DNA of 20,000 nt from an uncultured virus (IMG/VR IMGVR_UViG_3300030688_000011) (lineage: Duplodnaviria > Heunggongvirae > Uroviricota > Caudoviricetes). The translations under genes were made by a program, and so were the position numbers. Of the stretch, positions 1 to 7,632 are shown one piece after another; position 1 is the stretch's first letter; each line of letters begins with the position of its first letter. Location: the IMG/VR virus record IMGVR_UViG_3300030688_000011; one strand, given 5' to 3'. The notes below the pieces were generated by a model that saw nothing but the letters and a program-made list of their open reading frames with translations, did not search any database and had not been told where the DNA came from.

Positions 1-325
1 TGATGGTGTTCGCAATGTCGGTGGTGTCGAAGTTGGTCTTCGTGAAAAGCTTCTGGTAAAAGTCTTCGGCCTCAGCGGAGGATACTGGTGCCGCTCCACC
101 CACGAAGGAAGAGAGTGTGGACGCACCAGCAGGAGGAGGCGTGTAGGCCGCAGGAGCGAACGCGGGGGCAGTGCCAGCGGCAGATGAGCCGAAGGAGAAG
201 GGGGATACAGCAGCAGCGGCGACCGGAGCCGGGGCTACAGGGACAGGAGTGGGGGCAGAGGGGTCGTCTTCAACCACCATGCTCTTGAGGGAGTCGAATA
301 GGCTGTGGTGTTTCTGGTCGCTCAT
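1..325 (-). CDS. Hypothetical protein, partial (runs off window start); Pro/Ala-rich linker after an N-terminal MSDQKHHSLFDSLKSMVVEDD segment
   Basis: Hand translation from ATG at 325: MSDQKHHSLFDSLKSMVVEDDPSAPTPVPVAPAP...EAEDFYQKLFTKTNFDTTDIANTI, open to the window edge. ATGA overlap with the stop of the upstream gene (322-324). Absent from the ORF track because it has no stop in the window. Confidence 0.85.
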   Translation of the reverse strand, partial: MSDQKHHSLFDSLKSMVVEDDPSAPTPVPVAPAPVAAAAVSPFSFGSSAAGTAPAFAPAAYTPPPAGASTLSSFVGGAAPVSSAEAEDFYQKLFTKTNFDTTDIANTI

Positions 326-615
326 ATGTTCCTTTCAATCGGGTGTATGTTGTCGGAGTTGATTCGGATGTTCATGTCAAAAACGCCGGGAGCCCCCAAG
401 TACATGTACGGGCCGAAGACACGCATGAACTCCCAGCCACTGAAGCGGGAGTAGCCTTCTTCATCCACAGGCAATTGTACAGGAGTGAGATTCTTCCTCG
501 CAATCTCAGGCAACGCTTCACGCCATGCGTGAGCATCAGCAAGGTACACAGACCTACCGAGTTCGGTAAGCTTGACCCACACTGAGTTGTTGATGTTGAA
601 AGACAGCAAGCTCAT
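322..615 (-). CDS. Conserved-looking phage hypothetical protein (97 aa)
   Basis: MSLLSFNINNSVWVKLTELG...DEEGYSRFSGWEFMRVFG resembles a common small phage protein family. ATG 615 is preferred over the track's start at 663 because 616-663 is AT-rich, intergenic-like sequence with a promoter-like motif. Confidence 0.8.
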   Translation of the reverse strand: MSLLSFNINNSVWVKLTELGRSVYLADAHAWREALPEIARKNLTPVQLPVDEEGYSRFSGWEFMRVFGPYMYLGAPGVFDMNIRINSDNIHPIERNI

Positions 616-634
616 GTCCCGTAGTATACGGGAC
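616..634 (-). promoter_or_regulatory. 8-bp hairpin abutting the ATG, containing a promoter-like ATACTA hexamer 6 nt before the ATG
   Basis: Plus strand GTCCCGTA-GTA-TACGGGAC; minus strand ATACTA(627-622)-CGGGAC-ATG. Confidence 0.5.
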
Positions 635-672
635 GAATTTAGTTTTGGGAAACTATTTTTCAAGTAAAAATT

Positions 673-1699
673 TTATTCAAAAACGTAAGCGAGAGTGTGT
701 ACGTCCTCGTCTACTATTTCGAAGTTCTGAAGCTCTGCGGTGTGAGACACCACTCCAGAATTTTGCAGGTACTCGAACGCAGGGATGAAGGTCTCTAGGA
801 TTGCAAACACCTTCATGCTTGGGAGTAGAATGGAAACTTCTTCAGTGTAGGGCGGTTGAATGTTGCATGAAGTATACAACAGCAAACTACGTAAGTGCTG
901 CGGCTGAGTAGTTAGGTACGACAGAGTTACTTTTACGAATCCACTTTTCGCAGCCGCTAGTTCAGGCTTCACTGCGGGAGCAATGGGTCGAGCATCAGAG
1001 ACTGTGGTCTTGATACTAGAGTCCAAGGAACTCCTCCACAATCTTGGATAACTTCAATGACGTTTGCTTAGGCACAGGTGCCCCCGGTGTTACAGGTGCA
1101 GCATTTGCGGCTGGTTGAGCGGGTGCCGGTGCTGTAGGTTCAGGCTGAGCCCCAACAGGGTGTGGGTGCTCTGTCGCTTCCTCGTTCCTACGTACCTTAC
1201 GGTTGATTCCCACTTTTAGCTTGTTGCTCTTGTCTGTGAAATACTTGTCGATGTAACTTTCAGACTGTGCGACTGCAATCTCTCCCATGTCGCTAGTCCT
1301 GATCGTATCATCATTGCTCAAAGAGTCCGAGTCCGAGAATAATGAATTACGTGTACCCTCTCCATCCCCCTCTTGATATACAAACCGGAGGTCACGCAGA
1401 GGGTAGCCGCTGCCATTGAGCATGTCGATAACATCAGGGGAGACAAGGAGGTATACACCAATCTCAGTTACTTGAACATCCCCATCTTCTAGAGTCGAGT
1501 TGCCATGGTCGTCCATCGAAGGCTCATCATACTTGATGATGGCACCACGGGCCACTTCTAGGACGTTAGGGTTAGTGACAATACCATAGAGCCATATGTC
1601 GAGCCCGTCGATGCTATCGACCACTCTGTCCAGAATGTCGAGCCCATCGCGTAGCTTATCTATATCGTTGTTGTATAGCTCTGAATATTCACTTGCCAT
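673..1699 (-). pseudogene. Hypothetical protein (~341 aa) apparently split by one extra base near 1024 (track ORFs 1016..1699 and 673..1041)
   Basis: TTC CTT [G] GAC TCT AGT ATC AAG joins ...KIVEEFL to DSSIKTTVSDARPIAPAVKP..., continuing the Pro/Ala-rich linker. The downstream ORF has only a weak overlapping TTG start. Confidence 0.6.
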
Positions 1700-1787
1700 G
1701 TTGTGCCTCTACTCAAGAGGACTAATATCATTAAATTCATGTACCAGTGGCTCAGGCGGTTCAATTTGTCAATTTTTGGTAATTTAT

Positions 1788-1886
1788 ACACCTCCTACCC
1801 GGATAGCGAACCACTCCCCGCATCTAGCAGCCTATAAAACGGAGGGGGTCACTAACCCAGCGTAGTCACGTCCGGGTAGGAAGTAT
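1788..1886 (-). ncRNA. Candidate 99-nt structured small RNA of unknown family
   Basis: 16-bp closing stem AUACUUCCUACCCGGA / UCCGGGUAGGAGGUGU with 2 G-U pairs that are valid only on the minus strand, plus internal stems. The 5' end falls exactly 6 nt after a GTAATA motif (1898-1893). Lies in an intergenic gap. Confidence 0.6.
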
Positions 1887-1922
1887 GTTCTATATTACTG
1901 ATTCTTTCGGTTTTTATTTGAA

Positions 1923-2375
1923 CTATCGGGTAGGGGGTGCCATGGGGTATTCCAGCAACGGGTACCATGGTGTGCCGTCACGAAGGTACACTACGTGAGG
2001 ACGCAGGTCTGGTGTGTCGATGTGAGGGCACATGAAGTTTCTCTCTACACTCACGGCCACATCCTTGGTGTCGTAGCGTACCGGCCGCCGCTTGAGGAAC
2101 CACACGGGAGCGTACTTCTCTTTGAGGTACTCCCATGGGGTCGCTGGGTACTTATAGAGTTGTGTCTTGGTCTTGTCGGTCTTGTGGATGTTCGCAAGAA
2201 AGCTGGAGAAGATGTAATCGACATGCTCCGCCGTGTCGTACGGGAGGTACGGTGTAACCGTTAGATTCCGTGCCACCATTGGATACCTGTTGCGTATCCG
2301 TTCAACAACGGACACACGCAGGGTGTCGATTACAATCTCATCTACAGCTATCGAGTTGTTGAAACTACTTGACAC
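1923..2375 (-). CDS. Phage hypothetical protein (150 aa)
   Basis: GTG start overlapping the upstream stop. YPATPWEYLKEKYAPVWFLKRRPV resembles a recurrent phage hypothetical family. Confidence 0.8.
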   Translation of the reverse strand: MSSSFNNSIAVDEIVIDTLRVSVVERIRNRYPMVARNLTVTPYLPYDTAEHVDYIFSSFLANIHKTDKTKTQLYKYPATPWEYLKEKYAPVWFLKRRPVRYDTKDVAVSVERNFMCPHIDTPDLRPHVVYLRDGTPWYPLLEYPMAPPTR

Positions 2376-3399
2376 CGGCGACCGCCAAGTACATGACTGC
2401 TCCCATGAGCCCGATACCGATAGCGATTAGACCCCACGTGACGAACTTATCGCTGAAGAAGGGCTCGTCCTCGTCGGTTGGTACGGGAGCGGTGAGAGGC
2501 CGAGAAGCTGGGGGCATGTCCGAGGTAGTTACCTCACCAGAGAGAACGGGGTTGACCGACGGAGTACCCGGCCAGATGGTACCCCTAACTTCAGACTCCG
2601 ACATTCCATCAGCCACAAGCTGGTGGAACAGTTCAGTCTTCTCGGTCTCGTTCATGTCGTCCAGCACCTTGTCGCACATGTCGCTGACAAGCCCGTCGTC
2701 AAGGGTGGGGGCGCTAATCGCTGCCTGAACCAGTTCACAAGCATGACGACCGGCATCTACATCATCCGGGTCACCGTCGTCATCCGGGGAGTCATACTTG
2801 TTGATGCGGCCCGTGCCAACCTTCTCGAACGCCCAAGCCTTCGGCGGGTCTGCGGTCAACAGGCTACTAAGATGCGACAACGGGTGCCAGTGTGCGAGAG
2901 CCACCTTCGCCGTGGTCGTCTTAGCCAGAGGCGGAGCCACAGCAGGGATTGCACCTACAGTGTAACCCCCAACACTCAGCACGTCACCACGCAGCAACAC
3001 GCCAAGCTGGTCTGCGGACAGGTCACCAACGAGGGGACGCTGAACCGGAGCAGGGACAGGTGGGGTGATAGGCTGAACCGGAGCAGGGACAGTACGCAGC
3101 TTGAGGTTATTCTCCAACGTGGCCATCTGAGTAGGAGTGAGCACTTCCGCACTACTGTACGGGAGCGTTCCCAAATTCTCAGGGTAGCGGGTGGCACTCA
3201 GGATAACGATGTCACGGAACGCCCGGCTCCTGATGTAATCCTTGGCCTTATCTGAGGTCGTAGTCCGATAGAAGGTGGTGTATACAGGCATCCTGCCGCC
3301 CATGGGGGTGACTGCATAGTCTTGCAGTTCGACATGAACGACCTTGTAGCGGTACGTGCGAACGCGAGGCTTGCTGAGGGTGGAGGGGGAGATTGTCAT
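2365..3399 (-). CDS. Hypothetical protein with Pro-rich linkers and a C-terminal transmembrane anchor (344 aa)
   Basis: Long ORF with upstream AAGGAAG; C-terminal hydrophobic segment FVTWGLIAIGIGLMGAVMYLAVAG. Confidence 0.85.
   Translation of the reverse strand: MTISPSTLSKPRVRTYRYKVVHVELQDYAVTPMGGRMPVYTTFYRTTTSDKAKDYIRSRAFRDIVILSATRYPENLGTLPYSSAEVLTPTQMATLENNLKLRTVPAPVQPITPPVPAPVQRPLVGDLSADQLGVLLRGDVLSVGGYTVGAIPAVAPPLAKTTTAKVALAHWHPLSHLSSLLTADPPKAWAFEKVGTGRINKYDSPDDDGDPDDVDAGRHACELVQAAISAPTLDDGLVSDMCDKVLDDMNETEKTELFHQLVADGMSESEVRGTIWPGTPSVNPVLSGEVTTSDMPPASRPLTAPVPTDEDEPFFSDKFVTWGLIAIGIGLMGAVMYLAVAGVK
3039..3092. repeat. 21-nt direct repeat, period 33, encoding VPAPVQ twice
   Basis: GCTGAACCGGAGCAGGGACAG at 3039-3059 and 3072-3092. 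Confidence 0.9.
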
Positions 3400-3555
3400 G
3401 GTGTCAGAGTCTTCCTTCTAGTGCGGGTTAGGTATGCCTGACGCATTTGTTCTTTGCCGGTTTTCTTCCCTAGCGGCTTCCTCGGCGTCAATCCGAGGCT
3501 TCCGTTCCTTGCAACGTTCATCGAACGCTGCCAGCTTTTCATCGAGAGATTCCAT
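3396..3555 (-). CDS. Small charged or coiled-coil protein: 45 aa as read (stop 3418), or 52 aa if one extra base near 3456 is removed
   Basis: MESLDEKLAAFDERCKERKPRIDAEEAAREENR... starts directly after the dCMP deaminase stop. The +1 frame gives KEQMRQAYLTRTRRKTLTP, ending in an ATGA overlap with the next gene. Confidence 0.65.
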
Positions 3556-4023
3556 CTACTTCTCCTCTACCAAGCTTCTCCAAGGGATACCTGCTTCTTC
3601 GAACATCGTCTTGGAGATTGAGATTGAGTTCAACCACCGTTGTACACGAGGGTCGTTCAAGTCCGGCTCAAAGCCTACAATCTCTTTGATACCGCTCTGA
3701 ATGGCAAGTTTAGCACACTCATTGCAGATAGGGGGGAAGGAAAAACTGGGGTACACGTACAAGGTTGCCCCACGTGCCAGCAGTCCGGCCTTCTGTATCG
3801 CGTTTACTTCGGCGTGTACCACGAGCTTGTACTTCAGTTCGCGGTCTTCGTAGCGTTCAGGAGAGTCCACAACCCCGCGAGGGAATCCGTTATAGCCAAG
3901 GAACTCCTGATGCTGTTCCCAATTAACCAGCACGGCTCCGACCTTTGTTGAAGGGTCGTGAGACCAGTTTGTAGCCACATACTTGGCTAATCCCAAGTAT
4001 TTCCTGTCCCATCGTTCCGTCAT
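3556..4023 (-). CDS. dCMP deaminase (T4 cd / ComEB-like)
   Basis: SHDPSTKVGAV, GYNGFPRG, zinc-binding HAEVNAI and PICNECAK motifs. Confidence 0.95.
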   Translation of the reverse strand: MTERWDRKYLGLAKYVATNWSHDPSTKVGAVLVNWEQHQEFLGYNGFPRGVVDSPERYEDRELKYKLVVHAEVNAIQKAGLLARGATLYVYPSFSFPPICNECAKLAIQSGIKEIVGFEPDLNDPRVQRWLNSISISKTMFEEAGIPWRSLVEEK

Positions 4024-4420
4024 AATCTTCCTTTCAACTGCTTAACCTTGTCAACAATAGCTTGACGTTGCTTCAAAGTATCGGTACCTAACCTTTTTCC
4101 TCCCGTAGTTATAGTGGATTGAAAATCTAGCAAGGACTGCGCTTGTTGTTGCTTTTCAATCAAATCGGGAGCAGCCTAGTACATGCATTCTCGGCATCTC
4201 GACTAACAACTACCCATCGGTAAGTGGGTCGCCAACACTTTTTTCGTTTTCTGATATTCTTTGTGTACGAGCCCCCGAATGCTTCTTTCAGGGTACGAAT
4301 AACAGGAGAAAAGGTGGTTTCGCACGCTACCATAATTTTCTTGTTACGTATCGTAGTACCCACAAAAGTGAAACAACCCTCACCATCTAAATAACCAGCT
4401 AGATACTCCATTGAAACCAT
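4020..4420 (-). pseudogene. Free-standing single-motif LAGLIDADG homing endonuclease with a 1-nt deletion near 4165
   Basis: YLAGYLDGEG motif and YRWVV. After CTG CTC CCG AT the -1 frame continues LIEKQQQAQSLLDFQ...RQAIVDKVKQLKGRL, the family-typical LLPYL..K..QA tail. Its TGA (4020-4022) overlaps the ATG of the deaminase. The gene is AT-richer than its flanks. Confidence 0.88.
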
Positions 4421-5350
4421 CTACACTGCCACCGTGAAGTCCGGGTGATTCGGCTGGAAGTCAGTCACGTACTCCTTGGGCAGGAAGTGCCGGTAGGACT
4501 TCCATCCAATGTACTTGGCGTAACGCTGCCCGTCACCCATCGCCTGACACACATGCTCAAACGGGGAGGCATGAAGGGGCGTGTGGAAGCGGAGACGGTC
4601 GTGCAGCTTGACATCCTCACCAAAGTCACGAGTGCCTTCCTGCGTGAGGTAAGAAGTACGGGCACAGCGGCCTGTAGAAATCTCAACCATCTTCTCGGCA
4701 ACGTAGGGGGTCTTCTCCGGGTTGAAGAAGTTTCGGGTCATTTCGGGGTGGAGTGATAGAGCCCACTTCACCAACTCATCCTTCTCCTCCGGCTTGATGT
4801 AAGGCGTGTGCCATTCACCCGGCTTGAGCACGGTCGGCGTGGATTCGTAGTATGCCTTCTGTGCCATGTATGCAATCTTCTGCATGTGAGGTTCTGCGTC
4901 TGGGTGGCAGCGCAGAGCGAAGAAGTTAGACCAAGCCCCAGCATCCCCTGTAGTGCAATTAGTCGTCCACATCCACGGCTCAAGTAAGCGATTTGGAATT
5001 TGTTTATGGAGATTCAAGCCCCCTGCATCGGCCATCTGAGATGCTATACGAACCGCCTCATCACGTGCTTCAAGCCACAGGACGACAGCTTGTTCCCGAT
5101 GGCTACCTTCAAGCTCAACGGAGGCTACCATCCCAGCCTGATTTTTACCCCAGTAGATAGGGACAAAGGGAGCATCAATGATGTTCTTTACCATTTTTGC
5201 GAAGGGGATAGCTCGACTACTGGATGTGTTACGCGCAAACATCGCATGGGTATTCCACTCAGCCAAGATGATGCGAGGGAAAGTGACCTGCACTGTGGTC
5301 AGTCGTTGACCATTACAGATTGAATCTTTGAGTATCTTAGCTTCAAACAC
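4421..5350 (-). CDS. thyX: Flavin-dependent thymidylate synthase, phage-type ThyX/Thy1
   Basis: FPRIILAEWNTHAMFARNTSSSRAIP, WGKNQAGM, LHKQIPNRLLEPW, NFFALRCHPDAEP, STGRCARTSY and HASPFEH, all typical of the long phage ThyX family; adjacent to dCMP deaminase. Confidence 0.9.
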   Translation of the reverse strand: MFEAKILKDSICNGQRLTTVQVTFPRIILAEWNTHAMFARNTSSSRAIPFAKMVKNIIDAPFVPIYWGKNQAGMVASVELEGSHREQAVVLWLEARDEAVRIASQMADAGGLNLHKQIPNRLLEPWMWTTNCTTGDAGAWSNFFALRCHPDAEPHMQKIAYMAQKAYYESTPTVLKPGEWHTPYIKPEEKDELVKWALSLHPEMTRNFFNPEKTPYVAEKMVEISTGRCARTSYLTQEGTRDFGEDVKLHDRLRFHTPLHASPFEHVCQAMGDGQRYAKYIGWKSYRHFLPKEYVTDFQPNHPDFTVAV

Positions 5351-5352
5351 TG

Positions 5353-5652
5353 TTAAAACTCCTGTACGGTAACGTTGTAGTTGACGACAATCAACTTGAT
5401 CGTTGGGTCGTTGAGCTTCTTGCGAAGTTCATCCAGTGTTGCCGGAGGAATGTCTGGTGCTGTGACGAGCAAGGGGCTGTAGCCCACAATGAGGTTCTGT
5501 ACGCTGACAGGATAGTTCACAACCGTGGGGATTCTCACGTCGTCAAGGGATGAGGCACAGAGTCCCTCCAGAACGGTAAGCTCGTCTGGAGGGATGTCCG
5601 GGGCGCAGACTAAAGTGACCCGCCTAGCCACGACCAACTCGTACTCCGCCAT
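5353..5652 (-). CDS. Hypothetical protein made of two ~47-aa internal repeats
   Basis: LVCAPDIPPDEL...VVNYPVSVQ and LVTAPDIPPATL...VVNYNVTVQ; TAATG coupling to the upstream gene. Confidence 0.85.
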   Translation of the reverse strand: MAEYELVVARRVTLVCAPDIPPDELTVLEGLCASSLDDVRIPTVVNYPVSVQNLIVGYSPLLVTAPDIPPATLDELRKKLNDPTIKLIVVNYNVTVQEF

Positions 5653-5915
5653 TAGCGAACCACGATGGTGGAACCGGTGCGACCATTCGCGGTCTGCCAG
5701 TTGATGAAGTTCTTCTTCTGGAGATTGCGGAGGGCACGGGCGACTGCGTGACGGCTCAAACCACCCTGCAAGTCCTCAGCGATTTCGGTGGTGGTGACAT
5801 CGCTGACGGTGTTTCCGCCGTTGGCCTTGGTCGCGACGGCGACCATGACTGCGAACTCGTTGATGGTGAGGTTACCGTTGGTGAACTGCGAGATAAGGTT
5901 GTTGCTGTTGCTCAT
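5652..5915 (-). CDS. Winged helix-turn-helix DNA-binding protein
   Basis: TTTEIAEDLQGGLSRHAVARALRNLQKKNFI followed by a beta-wing; strong AAGGAGA RBS. Confidence 0.85.
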   Translation of the reverse strand: MSNSNNLISQFTNGNLTINEFAVMVAVATKANGGNTVSDVTTTEIAEDLQGGLSRHAVARALRNLQKKNFINWQTANGRTGSTIVVR

Positions 5916-5936
5916 ATATTCTCCTTCAAACGTAGA

Positions 5937-6177
5937 CTACTGTTGTGTACTACCTGAGACTGTAATACTAGGTTTTTGGATTGGGGTGTGATTTTTTATG
6001 TAATCGTTACCCCACTTTGAAGTAAGCATCCGCTCCATGAAGCGAAGTCCGGTCTCTTCAACCTTACGGTTCATGGCCCACACGAACCTCCGGTACTCTT
6101 GGTTGATGTGGTTCCTTTGAGTTCATGTGACCCTTCCAGTCCCATGACACGAATCCGAACTTTACTGTTTTGTCCAC
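5937..6177 (-). pseudogene. Small hypothetical protein apparently interrupted by one extra base near 6114
   Basis: GTG directly after the upstream TAA gives MDKTVKFGFVSWDWKGHMNSK. The +1 frame gives NHINQEYRRFVWAMNRKVEETGLRFMERMLTSKWGND...; frame 0 stops at 6064. Confidence 0.5.
5963..5968 (-). promoter_or_regulatory. GTATTA promoter-like motif upstream of the wHTH gene
   Basis: Matches the recurring motif; preceded by A-tracts. Confidence 0.45.
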
Positions 6178-6639
6178 TTAGAACTCCTTGCCGAGACGGT
6201 ACACTCCCGGTGCGCTGTGGATAGGGCAGTTGCCGTCACCATCAGTGTCCCTGTCGCAGCAACGCTCAGGCACACACTTAGATACTACGAGGGGAGCGAG
6301 TTTTACCATCTCGTTCCTGACAATTGCTTCCTTGATGTAGTCCCACGTCTCCCTGCTGAACTTACCATCGGGCAGGTCACAGCCACGAGTCCAGTCTTCA
6401 CCGGGAAGCTGAGACGTACATGAGGCGATGCACCCTAAGTACGTGGGAGTGGCCCTGATGCTGTAGCGATGGGATTCCGTGCAGAAGATGTAGCTGACGA
6501 AGTTCGCGTGATTATCAGCGTCGGGGCTGATGTCCAGTCCTTCACGAACCTTGCGAATGTAGAGGTCGAGCTTGGAATAAGGAACGATTTCCTTGAACCA
6601 CTCGACAAGTTCTGAGCGAAAGCTTTGCTGCTGTTCCAT
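6178..6639 (-). CDS. Phage hypothetical protein (153 aa) with a C-terminal Cys/His and DxDxDG mini-motif
   Basis: GGAGG RBS before ATG 6639 (MEQQQSF...); YLGCIAS...PGEDWTRGCDLPDG; tail CCDRDTDGDGNCPIH. Confidence 0.85.
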   Translation of the reverse strand: MEQQQSFRSELVEWFKEIVPYSKLDLYIRKVREGLDISPDADNHANFVSYIFCTESHRYSIRATPTYLGCIASCTSQLPGEDWTRGCDLPDGKFSRETWDYIKEAIVRNEMVKLAPLVVSKCVPERCCDRDTDGDGNCPIHSAPGVYRLGKEF

Positions 6640-6682
6640 AAATCCTCCGGGAACTTTACTTGTCATTTTCAATTGTAGGAAG

Positions 6683-6910
6683 CTAGAGGTACTCTTCAAA
6701 CTCCGCTAGTGTTAAATACCGGATTTCGTTGTGACTCAACGCCAGTTTTAATTTGGTCGAGTAGATTTCGAAGTGGAGTCGGGGCTCTGTCTTTATCCAA
6801 TCCTGATTCAGGCCGAGCATCTCCCCGAACTCACGAAGCTCCCCCTCTGTGTCCGCAATGATGCGACTATGCATCCGAACGTCGAAGAGTGGTTCGTGGA
6901 TGTATACCAT
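6683..6910 (-). CDS. DUF4031-like small protein
   Basis: MVYI...IIADTEGELREFGEMLGL...W...HFEI follows the DUF4031 pattern (VYVD...ADT..EL..FA..IGL...W...HYDL); TAATG coupling. Confidence 0.65.
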   Translation of the reverse strand: MVYIHEPLFDVRMHSRIIADTEGELREFGEMLGLNQDWIKTEPRLHFEIYSTKLKLALSHNEIRYLTLAEFEEYL

Positions 6911-7344
6911 TAGTAGTTCTCGGTGATGGTGAAGGATGAGGCACGTTCGCCCTTGGTGAAGGCCAAGGCCATAGGTATGAGCCAGCGGACATTGGGGATA
7001 ATGTTATCCTTCCAAAGTTCTAGCTCACTTATATACCAAACAACAATCTCCTCATCGGTCACACTCACTACCTTGTCGTAGTCAGCGGAGATGGCGAAGA
7101 ATACATTGAGTTGGAAGTCCCCTGCATGGCTATTCAGCGTAGCGTACTGTCGCCACGTAGTAATCTCGACGCCAGTCTCCTCACGGAACTCACGCACCAT
7201 GGCTTGGTCAGGCGTCTCGCCTTCTTCAATCTTGCCGCCGACGCCATTGTGCTTACCAGCTTGCCAGCCGGGACGACGCTTCTCAATGAGGACAACGTGT
7301 TCTAGTCTAGGGTCAAACAGGAATCCAAGTACGTATTTGGTCAT
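6910..7344 (-). CDS. Nudix hydrolase (MutT-like, 144 aa)
   Basis: Complete Nudix box GGKIEEGETPDQAMVREFREETGV. Start ATG 7344 (MTKYVLGFLF) is preferred because the track's extension runs into a terminator hairpin. Confidence 0.93.
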   Translation of the reverse strand: MTKYVLGFLFDPRLEHVVLIEKRRPGWQAGKHNGVGGKIEEGETPDQAMVREFREETGVEITTWRQYATLNSHAGDFQLNVFFAISADYDKVVSVTDEEIVVWYISELELWKDNIIPNVRWLIPMALAFTKGERASSFTITENY

Positions 7345-7350
7345 ACGCAC

Positions 7351-7356
7351 TAATAC
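7351..7356 (-). promoter_or_regulatory. GTATTA motif 6 nt before the Nudix ATG (leaderless candidate)
   Basis: GTATTA-GTGCGT-ATG with no SD, immediately downstream of a terminator hairpin. Confidence 0.6.
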
Positions 7357-7387
7357 CAAACCCCCGACCATTTGGTGGTCGGGGGTT
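7357..7387. terminator. Intrinsic terminator-like hairpin, possibly bidirectional
   Basis: 12-bp perfect inverted repeat AACCCCCGACCA-TTTGG-TGGTCGGGGGTT, starting ~10 nt after the stop at 7398. Confidence 0.75.
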
Positions 7388-7397
7388 CAGGTTTTAT

Positions 7398-7632
7398 TCA
7401 CATGGTAATACTTGAGCCGAAGATGACGTGACCCTCGGGATGTGCCGGACAAGAGATATGCGTATGGCTACCGGGCGGTACCCACAACAGCATCGGCTTG
7501 TTCAACACACATTGTGACTCACGCCACGGGTCACGGTAAACTACAGGACATCCGGGATGCGGACACTTCAGGCTGAGTCTGCCAAGTGCCCGACCCAATG
7601 CGGTCGTAGAAACGATTGATACCGTAGTTCAC
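7398..7632 (-). pseudogene. Small Cys/His-rich protein (~77 aa) apparently interrupted by one extra base near 7569
   Basis: GTGA overlap with the upstream stop gives MNYGINRFYDRIGSGTWQTQP. The +1 frame gives KCPHPGCPVVYRDPW...ISCPAHPEGHVIFGSSITM (track ORF 7398..7598 with a TTG start). Confidence 0.6.

Noticed and set aside
1767..1772. Perfect TTGACA on the minus strand
   Set aside because: No -10-like hexamer at 16-18 nt spacing (CACTGG at 17 nt).
1798..1876. Resemblance of the candidate RNA to tRNA-Sec (CCCGGA start, GAGTGGTTC)
   Set aside because: No proper anticodon arm, 7-nt T-loop or CCA end; the stems do not form a cloverleaf.
6640..6699. Fusion or readthrough of the DUF4031-like gene into the 6639 gene
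   Set aside because: The DUF4031-like ORF is already about full length and the downstream gene has its own GGAGG RBS, so no repair is needed.
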